Assembly: GCA_020854825.1 (NCBI GenBank)
Contig: JAHKLY010000002.1
Location: 160,001-224,000 of the forward strand
DNA: 64,000 bases
From: Candidatus Micrarchaeota archaeon
Lineage (GTDB): Archaea > Micrarchaeota > Micrarchaeia > Anstonellales > JAHKLY01
Reading direction: 5' to 3'
Numbering within the stretch: the first letter of the stretch is position 1; every line of letters starts with the position of its first letter. This document shows, one piece after another, positions 10,461-21,358 of the stretch. The notes beneath the pieces were generated by a model. The model saw only the letters and a program-made list of their open reading frames with translations, searched no databases and had not been told where the DNA came from. Both the position numbers and the translations under genes were made by a program.

Positions 10461-12515
10461 TTAAAATTGATCAGCAATTTTTACATACCCTGTTTTTGGT
10501 TTATATAACTCTCCTTTATATATTAATTCTTCAATCAATCTTTTTGCAAGGTCCTTATCAATATCAAATTCACTAGCCCTTTCAATTACTTCTTTTATTT
10601 CTGCCATTTCATTTGTCTTATTTATCTCTTCAACTATCTTAAGTATTATCTGAATCTTATCAATTTGTGATTTTGGTTTACCTGTTGCAAGAATATCTAT
10701 ATCATAAACTCCTGTTTCTTGATCCATACCTATTTTTTGCATCATCCATTCCATAAGTGAAATAGCAAGGTCTGAATCTTTTAACATAACCTTATCACTC
10801 AATCTTAATTTTGCTCCTGCTTCTGCCATTCTTACTAATCCTTCAATTTGTCTAGGAGTAATTGGGATTGCTCCTGTTTTTTTACCCATTTTTCTCATTT
10901 TTGAATAATAATCTTTAATCTTATTAGATGCCTCTTCGGTTAAAATAGGTCTAATATGTTGTCTTGAATATGCAATATATTTTTTAAGAAATTCTCTTTG
11001 AACTAAAGATTCATCTGCAATAACTTGAGTATCATCTGCAGATAATTTATGTGAACTTAAAATTTTTTCAGCTAGTTCTCTATCTCTTGTTTCATCTAAA
11101 ATATCCATAATCGGAAAAATTAAATCAAACCTAGATAATAATGTTGGTGGTATATTGAACTGTTCTGCAGGAAATTTATTGGGATCAAATCGTCCATATT
11201 TAGGATTTGCTGCTGCTAATATTGATGTTTTTGATTTTAATCTCGCAACTATACCTGCTTTCGCAACACTGATTGTTCCACTTTCCATTACTTCATGCAA
11301 TGAAGATCTTTCATCTTTGTCTATTTTATCAAATTCATCAACACCTACAATCCCACCACTTGCTAATACTAGTGCTCCTGCTTTTAATGTCCATCCTCCA
11401 TCACTTAATTCATCTTTTTCAACTGAAACTGTTAAACCAACACCAGAAACTGATTTACCTGAAACATACAAACTTTTTGGAGCCAAATCTACAACATATT
11501 GAAGTAATCTTGATTTAGCTGCACCAGGATCCCCAATTAATAAAATATGTATATTATCCCTGATTTTTGCTCCTCCTACCATCTCTTTACCTTTTGTTCC
11601 TCCAAATAATTGAAGTGCAATTGCTTGTTTAATTTCATCATGTCCATAAATTCCAGGTGCAATAGACTTTACAACCTTTTCAAATAATTTAGAATCTTTT
11701 GAAAATTCTAATATTTTTTTCTTATCATCTTCTGTTATTTCTAATTCTTCAAAATCCTGCTGTATGCCTTTAACATAAATTACATCTAAATATCTAGTAT
11801 AAATTAAAGACGTTGCATTTTTTGAAAAAGTAGAAGGCGGTCTTAATCTCAATACTCCAGTTATTTCTACGGTATTCCCAGGTATTGTTGAATTAACTAA
11901 ATCGTCTTCCATCCATAATTCTAATCTTGCAGGAGGAGTTCCTCCTTTCACTCTTTCTAAAAGTTCTTGAATCTCAGCTCTTTGAACATCTAAAAACTCA
12001 GAATCCTCTTCAATTAGTTTTAATGCTTTTCTTTTACATGCATCACAAAAAGTGGGAATACTAATACTAGAAGACAAAGGAACTTTATATATTGCATCAC
12101 AAACATCACATTTATATACTGCAATTTTAACTCTATGTTTTATTTCAGCCCTCTTTGTTACTACTCCTTTAATATTAATTAATTTGCCCAAGTATTTTGA
12201 ACCCATACTTTCTATTAACATCCCTGACTCTGGAAGATTAAAAAAACGTACATGTGGTTTAAACTCAATTCCAGGAGCAACAGCTAAATTCATATCTAAT
12301 AATGCTTTAACTGCAGCTTTCAAAATCATATCTGGTTTTTCAATTAATTGATCTGCTAATTCTGGACTAAATTTTTCAAAATCTTCATAATCAACAGATA
12401 AACTTTTTTGGGTAGGGTATCTAGAAACCAAAGAGTATATCTTTTTTTTGTAATTCGATTCAAAAAAATCTTGAATTTCTTTTATTACTGGTTCTAAATT
12501 TAACTCTTCTGCCAT
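10461..12515 (-). CDS. mcm: MCM replicative helicase
   Basis: CDVC..CDAC zinc motif, GDPGAAKS, VDEFDK, SRFD, ITPRQIE. Confidence 0.98.
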   Translation of the reverse strand: MAEELNLEPVIKEIQDFFESNYKKKIYSLVSRYPTQKSLSVDYEDFEKFSPELADQLIEKPDMILKAAVKALLDMNLAVAPGIEFKPHVRFFNLPESGMLIESMGSKYLGKLINIKGVVTKRAEIKHRVKIAVYKCDVCDAIYKVPLSSSISIPTFCDACKRKALKLIEEDSEFLDVQRAEIQELLERVKGGTPPARLELWMEDDLVNSTIPGNTVEITGVLRLRPPSTFSKNATSLIYTRYLDVIYVKGIQQDFEELEITEDDKKKILEFSKDSKLFEKVVKSIAPGIYGHDEIKQAIALQLFGGTKGKEMVGGAKIRDNIHILLIGDPGAAKSRLLQYVVDLAPKSLYVSGKSVSGVGLTVSVEKDELSDGGWTLKAGALVLASGGIVGVDEFDKIDKDERSSLHEVMESGTISVAKAGIVARLKSKTSILAAANPKYGRFDPNKFPAEQFNIPPTLLSRFDLIFPIMDILDETRDRELAEKILSSHKLSADDTQVIADESLVQREFLKKYIAYSRQHIRPILTEEASNKIKDYYSKMRKMGKKTGAIPITPRQIEGLVRMAEAGAKLRLSDKVMLKDSDLAISLMEWMMQKIGMDQETGVYDIDILATGKPKSQIDKIQIILKIVEEINKTNEMAEIKEVIERASEFDIDKDLAKRLIEELIYKGELYKPKTGYVKIADQF

Positions 12516-12622
12516 TTAATTACCCCATCTATCCACAACAACTAAAATATTATATACAATACATATTTAAATTAGTAATTAAACGGAAAAGCTTATAAAG
12601 AAAAAAAACCATAGTTAAACAC

Positions 12623-13033
12623 ATGGAGTGGGATGTATTTTGTGAAATGATAATTCAAACAACGGATTTTAAAGAAGCAAAAGAAAGTGCTAAATTAAAA
12701 ACAGAAGAAAAAACTAAATTACCAACGGCTGAACGATTAAAAGACTTAGATAACACTTTTAGCGAAACAAGGGAGATACTCTTTTTTAGGAGATTCACTC
12801 CAAAGTCAAAATATAATGATTTTAAATTAATAGAACCTTGTTTGGGTTTTTATGCAGATACTCAATTTTCAGAGTTATTTTTAGATTCTATTAGAGATTC
12901 TAAAACAATTAAAGAAAAATTAAACACAATTTGTGTTTTTGGAAAAAATTTAAATTTAAAAAGAGTTAAAACAACTCTTAAATCAATTAAAAAAAGAAAA
13001 TTAAAGGAATTAATTTCTATTCAGAATATCTAA
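12623..13033 (+). CDS. Hypothetical protein
   Basis: 136-aa ORF preceded by GAAAAGCTTATAAA promoter-like motif. Confidence 0.6.
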   Translation: MEWDVFCEMIIQTTDFKEAKESAKLKTEEKTKLPTAERLKDLDNTFSETREILFFRRFTPKSKYNDFKLIEPCLGFYADTQFSELFLDSIRDSKTIKEKLNTICVFGKNLNLKRVKTTLKSIKKRKLKELISIQNI

Positions 13034-13682
13034 TCAATTCATATATCCTTTCCATTTCATTAATTGCTATTTCTCTTAATTCTTTTTCTCCTGCATTTCT
13101 AAAATATAAAGAAGCATAAGCAAAAGCAAGTTTTGAATTATTATAATCTTTCTTCTCTTCTAATTCTTTGCCCAATAACATATAAACAGATGCTGCAGAC
13201 ATATTAAACCTTTTTTCAATATCTACATCTCTAGGATAATTTAAAAGAACTCTAATAATTAAATGGTGTGCTGCACCATACTCCTTTTTACACATTAAAT
13301 TTTCAATACATTTAATTGCTTCTATATGTAATTCATTCATTCGTATAGATAAATCAATATCCTTTTCACGTTCTAATCTTTTTGCAGATTCATATGAATC
13401 CATAAAATAATTGCCTAATTCATAAAAATCCATAAACTTCAATTTCTTATCCCAACCTAAATATCCATTTAACTCCTTAGGTTTTTCTGAGCTTAATCTA
13501 GAAACTGAATTTGATTCAATAAATCCAAATGGGATATCAGACTGTTTTGTCTTCATGTAAGACAATGAAGTTATGGGCATAATATTAACAAATGTTAAAT
13601 ATGCACTAGTAATAATATTAAATATCCTAAAACCCTTTATTTTATTCTTATTTGTTTTATTCATGTTATAACTAATGAACAT
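13017..13682 (-). CDS. Hypothetical helical (TPR-like) protein with an N-terminal hydrophobic segment
   Basis: 221-aa ORF with a helical Ala/Tyr repeat pattern. Confidence 0.55.
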   Translation of the reverse strand: MFISYNMNKTNKNKIKGFRIFNIITSAYLTFVNIMPITSLSYMKTKQSDIPFGFIESNSVSRLSSEKPKELNGYLGWDKKLKFMDFYELGNYFMDSYESAKRLEREKDIDLSIRMNELHIEAIKCIENLMCKKEYGAAHHLIIRVLLNYPRDVDIEKRFNMSAASVYMLLGKELEEKKDYNNSKLAFAYASLYFRNAGEKELREIAINEMERIYELIRYSE

Positions 13683-13759
13683 ATGAGAATTTAAAGTCTC
13701 TTATTATATATGATCTTGAATTAATAAAGGTTTTTAAATCTGAATGTATTAGTTAAATT

Positions 13760-16171
13760 ATGGATAAAAAAATAATTTGGATATTATTTATATCCCTATT
13801 GATTTTTGGATGTACTTCTCCAATATTACAAGAAGGAGGAAATGCTGAATTAATACAAGAAGTGTTTGAAACGGATATAAACAATGACGGTTTAATTGAA
13901 AGTACTACATATGTTTTTCATGAATCCGAATACAATGAAACTAAAATTCAAAGAATTCTTATAATCAAACCAAAATTTGATTTATCAAAAATAGAAGCAC
14001 AGATTCAAGGAAACGCAAGTGATAAATATTATTTCCAAGATTTAACAATTTCAGATCTCAAAATACATTTAACTAATTTTAATAATAAAAGAAGTAATGA
14101 AATAGCAATAACTGGTGAAGCTCAATGTAAACAATATTTGGGTTTAGGTAGAACTGACTTACCCTGCGTTAGTTTAGACTCTTGTGCCAAAGCCTGTATG
14201 GGTGCACCTTTATGTATGTATATCTACCAATTTGTTGGTGATCCATTTTCACAAGATTTATATGAACTAAATACTGGATTTAATAAAATGGATACTTATA
14301 TTTCAGAACTTAATAGTATTTTTGAGGACATAGAAAATACAGAAAATAATTTAAACAAACAAAAAATTGAAGAAATAATTAAAAAAATTGAACAAATATC
14401 TGTTTTAGGTAATGAAATTAATAATAATCCAATCATTAACAAACAAGTTTATTATTTATGTAACAGAATAAACTATGATAATTATGAACTTCAATCTATG
14501 ATGGATAAAATTTCTGAAAATTTAAAAACTAAAGATTCTAATACTGCCCAAATAAAAAAAACAGGTCTAGAAATAGATAATGTAGAATATAAAATATACT
14601 TACAAATAAAAGAAAAAAGTGATCGTTCATTTTCAACAATTAAAATAACAGATATAATTCCTAAAACTTTAAATATTAACATATCAAGTTTAGTGGTCAG
14701 TTCTAATTTTTCAAAAGTAAATATAACTACTCCTTCTGTAGAATGGAAAATTAATAAAGCAGGAGGGGGAGAAATACAAAGTTTTATGACCTATTCTTTC
14801 AAATCTAAAGAATTCGTTAATAAAACCTGGATTGAAAACAATATAAAAACTCCTTATGTTTCAGTAGAAACATTCTCACTTGGCACAACACCAATAACCT
14901 TTGGTATTTTAGCATTTATTAATAGTGTGTTTACATTTTTTTTTGATTTTTCTAATTATTTTATTGCATTAGCATTAACTGGTGCTTTAATTATAATTTT
15001 ACTAAGATTGTTTCAAACCATAGTATCACTAATATGGAATACTATAATTGGTACTTCTAAAGGAGAAGATTTTTCTTTAATTAAAAAAAAATTATTTGGA
15101 AAAGCAAATCCTAAGTTCAAACAATACTTTATATTGGGAATTATTCTATCTTTAATCGGAACAATTATACTTCTTATTTCAAACTCTCAAATCAAAGAAG
15201 AAATTATAATTTTAGAATTAATTGGATATAATTTAACTTTAGAACCATTAAACGGAATAAGTGCATTTTTGCTTTCATTAGGCATAATTTCTATCTACTT
15301 TTCTGCTGAAGACTTCTTCAAAGGAAGTGTATTAAAAACAGGATATTATGAGAGTGCACAGAAAATAGCAAAAAAAGTTAATTTAGAAAACTTAAAAGAA
15401 CTCGAAAAAAAAATAGAAGAAGTTGATATTAAAATAAAACAAGCCCTTGAATTAAAAATTGATGTTTCTGATGAACAAGACTTGATATATTCCATACCTA
15501 TTTCTAGAATTAAAGCCTTGATTCAAAAAAATGATCAAAGAACCGCAAAAAATATTATAGAACAAAGTATCAATAGATGTGACTTTAATATTGGCACGAT
15601 AGATAAAAAAATACAAACTGCAACTGATATATGGAAAAATTGGAAAATTAAATTTGATTTATTATTAAAAGAGAAAGGAGAAATTAGAAAAGAAATGTTA
15701 ATTGATATCCCAAGAACTTGGAGAAGTTGGACAATTGAAAAATATTTAACAGAAAACTTAGATGAAAATTTGATAATAGAAGGGGGAATCCTTAAGAAAA
15801 CGACTATGCCTGTAGTTAAGAAAAAAGGGATAGTTGATATTTTAAATTCTTTAAAAAACGAAAAAATAAAAAATGCATCAATAATACAAATGGATGGAAA
15901 AACACTTGCGTCATCATTTGATAAAAACATTAATAAATCCCTCGTTGCAGTATTAGTATCTAGAATGATCAAAGCAGTTAAAATAATTGAGACAAAAGCA
16001 AAAACTGGAAATACTGATTATTTAGTTGCACGTTCAGGTAAAGATCTTTTTTTCGTAAGACCAATAAATAATTTAATCCTATTTTGTATTACTGATTCTA
16101 AAATATCCTTAACTACTCTAATAGAATTAACAAATAAAACTGCTGAAGAATTAGATAAAACAGATTCTTAA
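13760..16171 (+). CDS. Multi-pass membrane lipoprotein with C-terminal Roadblock/LC7 domain
   Basis: IFGC lipobox, Cys-rich ectodomain, about 4 TMs, coiled coil; last ~110 aa (IKNASIIQMDGKTLASS..VAVLVSRM..LILFCIT) show the Roadblock pattern. Confidence 0.75.
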   Translation: MDKKIIWILFISLLIFGCTSPILQEGGNAELIQEVFETDINNDGLIESTTYVFHESEYNETKIQRILIIKPKFDLSKIEAQIQGNASDKYYFQDLTISDLKIHLTNFNNKRSNEIAITGEAQCKQYLGLGRTDLPCVSLDSCAKACMGAPLCMYIYQFVGDPFSQDLYELNTGFNKMDTYISELNSIFEDIENTENNLNKQKIEEIIKKIEQISVLGNEINNNPIINKQVYYLCNRINYDNYELQSMMDKISENLKTKDSNTAQIKKTGLEIDNVEYKIYLQIKEKSDRSFSTIKITDIIPKTLNINISSLVVSSNFSKVNITTPSVEWKINKAGGGEIQSFMTYSFKSKEFVNKTWIENNIKTPYVSVETFSLGTTPITFGILAFINSVFTFFFDFSNYFIALALTGALIIILLRLFQTIVSLIWNTIIGTSKGEDFSLIKKKLFGKANPKFKQYFILGIILSLIGTIILLISNSQIKEEIIILELIGYNLTLEPLNGISAFLLSLGIISIYFSAEDFFKGSVLKTGYYESAQKIAKKVNLENLKELEKKIEEVDIKIKQALELKIDVSDEQDLIYSIPISRIKALIQKNDQRTAKNIIEQSINRCDFNIGTIDKKIQTATDIWKNWKIKFDLLLKEKGEIRKEMLIDIPRTWRSWTIEKYLTENLDENLIIEGGILKKTTMPVVKKKGIVDILNSLKNEKIKNASIIQMDGKTLASSFDKNINKSLVAVLVSRMIKAVKIIETKAKTGNTDYLVARSGKDLFFVRPINNLILFCITDSKISLTTLIELTNKTAEELDKTDS

Positions 16172-16245
16172 GTTCCGAACAATAGTATCAATATTTTTAA
16201 ATGAAAGAGTTCACAAAAGATAATATAAATCTTGGAGGAGATTAA

Positions 16246-18144
16246 ATGAGAAAAATAATTTTAGTATTTGGATTGACTGCATTTATTTTCTTAATGCTTA
16301 ATGGATGTACATTTATAGAACCACACGAAAATAGAAGTATTCTGAATTTATTTGATGCTGAAAAAGAATTAGATTTTTTTCCTGCTAAAACAATAGAAAA
16401 TATTGAAAATGCAATAAAATTATCTGAACAGCCTTATTATTATGGGAGTACAAATTTAATAAGATTTGAAACAGATGCAATAATGGCAGAAAGTATTATG
16501 ACAAAAGCGAGTCCTTCAGATTATTCTACAACAAATGTTCAAGTTTTAGGCATTGATGAATTAGATATTGTTAAAATTGACAGTTTAACAGGTAATAAAA
16601 TCTACTATCTAAATAGCAACAAATTAAGTTTAATTAATTCATTTCCTACAAAAGATATGGAAGTATATAAAACTATAAACACTGAATATGGACAAGGTTT
16701 ATATGAACACGAAAATTCTATAATGACATTATCATATAATAAAATTAATGTGATTGATAAAGAAGGAAATACAAAATGGTATGCAAATTTAAATTCTACA
16801 TATATTGATTCTAGAATGAAAGATGGAATTGTGTACTTAATTTTAATGGAATATCCAAACTACCCTTATATCCCAAAACCATTAACAGTATGTAATGAAA
16901 TATGTAAAGAAATTAACATAAATTATGACAACATTTATCTACCTAGAAATATAGACGCTCAAGTTTTTTATGATATCATCTCTATTAAAATAGAAACCGG
17001 AGAAGTAATTGATAAAAAAACATTTATGGGTCCCTATTCCTCAAATGTATATGTATCAAATGAAAATATTTATTTTGGAATGCATAAAATAAAATCAGAT
17101 AGTGAAGTTATGTTTTATTATCTTTTAGAGCAGGGAGAAGATATTTTATCTGAAACCCAGTATGAAAGATTAATTTATTTAAATTCTTTAAATATATCAG
17201 ACGCAGCAAAAGCTTTAGAATTTAATAATTTAATACAAGAAATTTATTATGGGTTAACACTAGAAGCAAAAGCAGAATTACAAAATAAATTAACTAAAGG
17301 GTATTCTTTATATTTATCCTCAAATCCAGAGAAAAAAGAATATACTGGAATTTTAAAGATAAATTATGAATTGGGTGCCTTAAATATGAGCGAAACTGCC
17401 ACCATTCCTGGAAGATTATTAAACCAATTTTCGATGGATGAATATGATCATAATTTAAGAGCTGCATATACATTTGATTTTGGAGTTAATTCAGAAAATG
17501 GATTGATAATCTTAGATGAGAACATGGGTGAACTTTCAAGAATAACTGGATTAGCTGAAGGTGAAAGAATTTATGCAGTAAGATTTATGGGCGAAACTGG
17601 ATATATTGTTACCTTTAGACAAATAGATCCATTATTTGTTATTGATTTATCTAATGCCTCAAATCCAGAAGTTAAAGGAGAATTAAAAATACCTGGATAT
17701 TCAACATATTTACATCCAATAGGAGAAGGTAAATTACTAGGTGTTGGACAAGAAGACTGGAAAATGAAATTATCTCTCTTTGATGTTTCAAACCCAAGTA
17801 AACCAACAGAATTAGATTCATTTATAACAGAAGAAGGATGGAGCGAAGCATTATATAATCATCATGCTTTCTTATGGAATCCAAATGAAAATTTTGTTAT
17901 ATTACCTATGGGAAGTAAAAACTATGTATTTGAGATAAAAAATAATAAAATAGGTATGAGAAAAATAATAAATGAAAATGCAGTTAGAAACATATATGCA
18001 GATAATGTATTATATGTAATAACTAGACAAAATATAATTGCATATTCAATGGATGATTTCTCCGAAATAAATCAAATATCAGTTGAAGGAAACGAGTATT
18101 ATTACGGTCCTTATAGATACACAACAGATATAGATAGATCTTAA
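16246..18144 (+). CDS. Secreted beta-propeller domain lipoprotein (PF09826-like)
   Basis: DYSTTNVQVLGIDELDIVK, LLNQFSMDE, ERIYAVRF, VTFRQIDPLFVIDL, GELKIPGYSTYLHP. Confidence 0.9.
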   Translation: MRKIILVFGLTAFIFLMLNGCTFIEPHENRSILNLFDAEKELDFFPAKTIENIENAIKLSEQPYYYGSTNLIRFETDAIMAESIMTKASPSDYSTTNVQVLGIDELDIVKIDSLTGNKIYYLNSNKLSLINSFPTKDMEVYKTINTEYGQGLYEHENSIMTLSYNKINVIDKEGNTKWYANLNSTYIDSRMKDGIVYLILMEYPNYPYIPKPLTVCNEICKEININYDNIYLPRNIDAQVFYDIISIKIETGEVIDKKTFMGPYSSNVYVSNENIYFGMHKIKSDSEVMFYYLLEQGEDILSETQYERLIYLNSLNISDAAKALEFNNLIQEIYYGLTLEAKAELQNKLTKGYSLYLSSNPEKKEYTGILKINYELGALNMSETATIPGRLLNQFSMDEYDHNLRAAYTFDFGVNSENGLIILDENMGELSRITGLAEGERIYAVRFMGETGYIVTFRQIDPLFVIDLSNASNPEVKGELKIPGYSTYLHPIGEGKLLGVGQEDWKMKLSLFDVSNPSKPTELDSFITEEGWSEALYNHHAFLWNPNENFVILPMGSKNYVFEIKNNKIGMRKIINENAVRNIYADNVLYVITRQNIIAYSMDDFSEINQISVEGNEYYYGPYRYTTDIDRS

Positions 18145-18178
18145 AATATATAGATTGGGCAATGATCTAAAAAATAAC

Positions 18179-18201
18179 AAAAGGTCTTTTGACCTTTTTT
18201 T
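18179..18201 (+). terminator. Hairpin plus T-tract terminator between convergent genes
   Basis: AAAAGGTC-TTTT-GACCTTTT followed by a T run. Confidence 0.6.
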
Positions 18202-18238
18202 ATTTTTCTTTTAATTTTTTTTTATTTAAAATTCATTC

Positions 18239-18925
18239 TTATTGTGGCAATTCAAAAACTGAATCCCCTACATTATAATCAATATTTTTTAAAGACTGTG
18301 TAAATTCTGTTCCATCTGAATTTGTTATATGTAAATATAATTGCGCGCCTGTATCTAAAAAGCACTGTTCAATGGTTTCCAAATCATTTGAAAACATAAA
18401 ACAAATACCTGTTTTATTCATAACAGTTCTCGTAGGTAATTTAACTATTTGTGCTGAATCTAAATTATCAAAAAAAACATTTGGATTACTAGACGTTTTA
18501 AGAGTATTACACACAACATTACCAATTGCATCAATACATGAATAATTACCTTCTGGGATTAAATACAATGAAACTATCGTCTCTTCAGTCCCAATTATTG
18601 AATCGTGTCTATACTTATCTCCTTTTGAATAAATAATAATATTTCCAGTTATAACTTTGTCTTTATCTAAAAAAACTGTAGTATATGTTGCCTTATATTC
18701 TAAATTATTTTTAAGAGATAAAATGCTATTTAAATCAACAGAATCAGAATCCAATGCTCTATTTACAATCCCACCTACTTGATGTGATTGTTCTATAGAA
18801 CTATTTTGAATATTATTAGATTCATTTTCTTCATTTGCATTTAATTCCTCATCAACAGATGAATTAATACAACCAAATATCAATAAGAACATTATTGGTA
18901 ATACAAATAGTATATTAAATTTCAT
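18239..18925 (-). CDS. Hypothetical lipoprotein
   Basis: Start moved to MKFNIL (SD GGTGAG); IFGC lipobox. Confidence 0.75.
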   Translation of the reverse strand: MKFNILFVLPIMFLLIFGCINSSVDEELNANEENESNNIQNSSIEQSHQVGGIVNRALDSDSVDLNSILSLKNNLEYKATYTTVFLDKDKVITGNIIIYSKGDKYRHDSIIGTEETIVSLYLIPEGNYSCIDAIGNVVCNTLKTSSNPNVFFDNLDSAQIVKLPTRTVMNKTGICFMFSNDLETIEQCFLDTGAQLYLHITNSDGTEFTQSLKNIDYNVGDSVFELPQ

Positions 18926-19058
18926 AAACTCACCAATTAAATTAAAATACGAAAGTTTATATTTGTAATTACAAGTTTTTAATATACGAAAGGTTTTTAT
19001 TGGTAAAACAATACATATATATGTGATGTATGTGGCTATTAATAATATTAGGAATGAG

Positions 19059-21194
19059 ATGGCAATTATCTCTACATTTATTCTTATATTATTTTTATGT
19101 TTAGCATTCATATCTCTAGATATTGGTTCTCTTAATAAACTATCTGCAGTTGGGCCTTCACCTTTACCTCCTGCCGAAGTATATAGACCTAAAAGTAGCT
19201 TTAGAGATTACTATGAAGAACAGCAACAATTAATTTTAACTCCTCCTTTAAATCAAGTAGTCGAGGCTTGTCCAGGGGGATGTATTTACTATCATGGATG
19301 TGTTGATGAAGGTCAATGTATAATTGAAGGGTACATTTGTGAAAAAGGAAGATTTATTGAAAGTTGTGGAAATAAAAAATGTGAATATGAATGTGAAACT
19401 CCAGATAGTTGTCCTGAAGATTGTGAATTTCAGATTTCATTTTTTGGATATAATCTTGATGATGATAATCACTATATAGGTTGGACAAGCGATTATTATA
19501 AATACCCTAAAATTCCTAAAGGATCCTATAAACAAACTAGTTATTTATATGAAATATATGAAAATGAATTTAATATTAATTTTAAAAATGGAAATAGAGA
19601 GATTATAAGTTCAATAGTTGAAGAAGGTAAAATACCTAAGCTTACTAGTATGATATTAAAAGTTGATTCTATAAATTGTATGATTGACATAAGAAGCTTA
19701 TTTAAAAAAGAGGGACGAATTGTTAATTATTATAAAAATACAAATTTACTTGTAATTGAAACTCCTTGGTATTTAGTTGATGACATTTCAAAAAATCCTT
19801 GTGTAAGAAAAGTATATCCAGATAATTTAATAACTGCTGAATTAGATGTTTCAACACAGAATACAAAAACAAAAGATGTTTGGAATATGTTAAGTTTTTA
19901 TGAACATTGTTATGATGTAAATATTGGTATTGGAACATATCAAGAATGCATTACTCTCTTCCCATATATATCTCATGTTAAAGGTGACGGAATTGAAATT
20001 GCATTTGTAGACACAGGTATTGATACTACTCACATGGATTTTGAAGGAAAAATAACAAAACAAATGAATGTTAGGGGTAGTGTTCCTGATACTTCAGATG
20101 TTACTGATTTAAATGGACATGGAACTCATTGTGCATCAATTGCTTTAGGAACTGGACAAGGTTCTAATAGATATATAGGAAACGCACCAGATGCAGATAT
20201 ATGGGCAATAAAAGCATTGGACTCTGGAGGATATGGTATGCAATCTTATGTATTAAGGGGCATAAATTATGCTGCAGATCCAAATGAAGATGGAGACTGT
20301 TCAGATCATGTTGATATTCTTTCTTTAAGTTTAGGCTATTATTTAGGATCAGATGGAACAACACCAGATTCAATTGCAGTTCAACATGCAGCTGATTGTG
20401 GAGTGTTGGTAGTTAAATCTGCAGGAAATGGAGGAACTTATGGTCATGGTTCAATAACTTCTCCTGGAGATATCGAAGATGTTATAACAGTTGGAGCAAT
20501 TGATAAATTTGATAATATATATTATAAATCTTCTATAGGCCCAGTAGATAATAGGATATTGAAACCAGATTTAGTTGCTCCGGGGGTAAATATAATCGCT
20601 GCAGTTGCTTATGATTCAGAATGGTGGAGAGATTACATAGGTATCCGTGATATTTATGATGAAGTGTATACAAATTCAACTGGAACTTCTATGGCAGCAC
20701 CCCAAGTTGCAGGTGCAGCTGCATTAATTAAAAGTGAAGACCCTGGATTAACAAACACTCAAATAAAATCAAAATTAATGTTAAGCGCAACACCTTTAGG
20801 AAACTCTGTATTTAAAGAGGGGGCCGGAAAATTGAATACTTTAAAAGCACTTCATTGCCCAATTGCAACTTATCCCCAAAATGCATTTTTCAATTCACCT
20901 AGAATAGGTGATTCTAAAACATTTCAAATCCACAATTTAGAAACAGATTTACTAGAAATACATCTAATCCCTACTCCAATATATAGTGAAAGTGGAGAGG
21001 TATTAACAACTCAAACACAAGTTACTCCTCAAACTTTTTATTTAGAAAGAGGAGAAATAAAAGAATTTGATTTAGAATTTACTGAAGTATCTTCAATTAC
21101 TACTTGGCAATATGGAAGAATTCAAATAATTGTAAGACCATATGGTAAAAGTACTAGCACTGCATATCATATCCCATTTGGAATTAAAAAATAA
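19059..21194 (+). CDS. Secreted subtilisin-like (S8) serine protease with Cys-rich N-terminal region
   Basis: Catalytic triad DTG, HGTH, GTSMAAP; SAGN oxyanion motif; CGNKKCE..SCPEDC module; signal peptide. Confidence 0.95.
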   Translation: MAIISTFILILFLCLAFISLDIGSLNKLSAVGPSPLPPAEVYRPKSSFRDYYEEQQQLILTPPLNQVVEACPGGCIYYHGCVDEGQCIIEGYICEKGRFIESCGNKKCEYECETPDSCPEDCEFQISFFGYNLDDDNHYIGWTSDYYKYPKIPKGSYKQTSYLYEIYENEFNINFKNGNREIISSIVEEGKIPKLTSMILKVDSINCMIDIRSLFKKEGRIVNYYKNTNLLVIETPWYLVDDISKNPCVRKVYPDNLITAELDVSTQNTKTKDVWNMLSFYEHCYDVNIGIGTYQECITLFPYISHVKGDGIEIAFVDTGIDTTHMDFEGKITKQMNVRGSVPDTSDVTDLNGHGTHCASIALGTGQGSNRYIGNAPDADIWAIKALDSGGYGMQSYVLRGINYAADPNEDGDCSDHVDILSLSLGYYLGSDGTTPDSIAVQHAADCGVLVVKSAGNGGTYGHGSITSPGDIEDVITVGAIDKFDNIYYKSSIGPVDNRILKPDLVAPGVNIIAAVAYDSEWWRDYIGIRDIYDEVYTNSTGTSMAAPQVAGAAALIKSEDPGLTNTQIKSKLMLSATPLGNSVFKEGAGKLNTLKALHCPIATYPQNAFFNSPRIGDSKTFQIHNLETDLLEIHLIPTPIYSESGEVLTTQTQVTPQTFYLERGEIKEFDLEFTEVSSITTWQYGRIQIIVRPYGKSTSTAYHIPFGIKK

Positions 21195-21196
21195 AA

Positions 21197-21358
21197 TTAT
21201 TTGATAAATTTACCTTTAATACAAGCAACACAAATTCCTTCTTTTTGATGTTTGGTACAAACTGATTTTCCACATAATATACAAGAAATAGCTGCAGGTT
21301 CATTACAGATATAACACAAACTTTTAATCTCATTTGTTCTATTTAATAAATTATCCAC
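21197..21358 (-). CDS. Small zinc-finger protein (53 aa), not in the ORF track
   Basis: GTG start overlaps the aIF2-gamma stop; CYIC..CILC..CTKH..CVAC. Confidence 0.8.
   Translation of the reverse strand: MDNLLNRTNEIKSLCYICNEPAAISCILCGKSVCTKHQKEGICVACIKGKFIK

Noticed and set aside
18926-19111. Overlapping 5' extensions of the divergent lipoprotein and protease ORFs
   Set aside because: Signal peptides begin at 18925 and 19059; the interval is an AT-rich divergent promoter region
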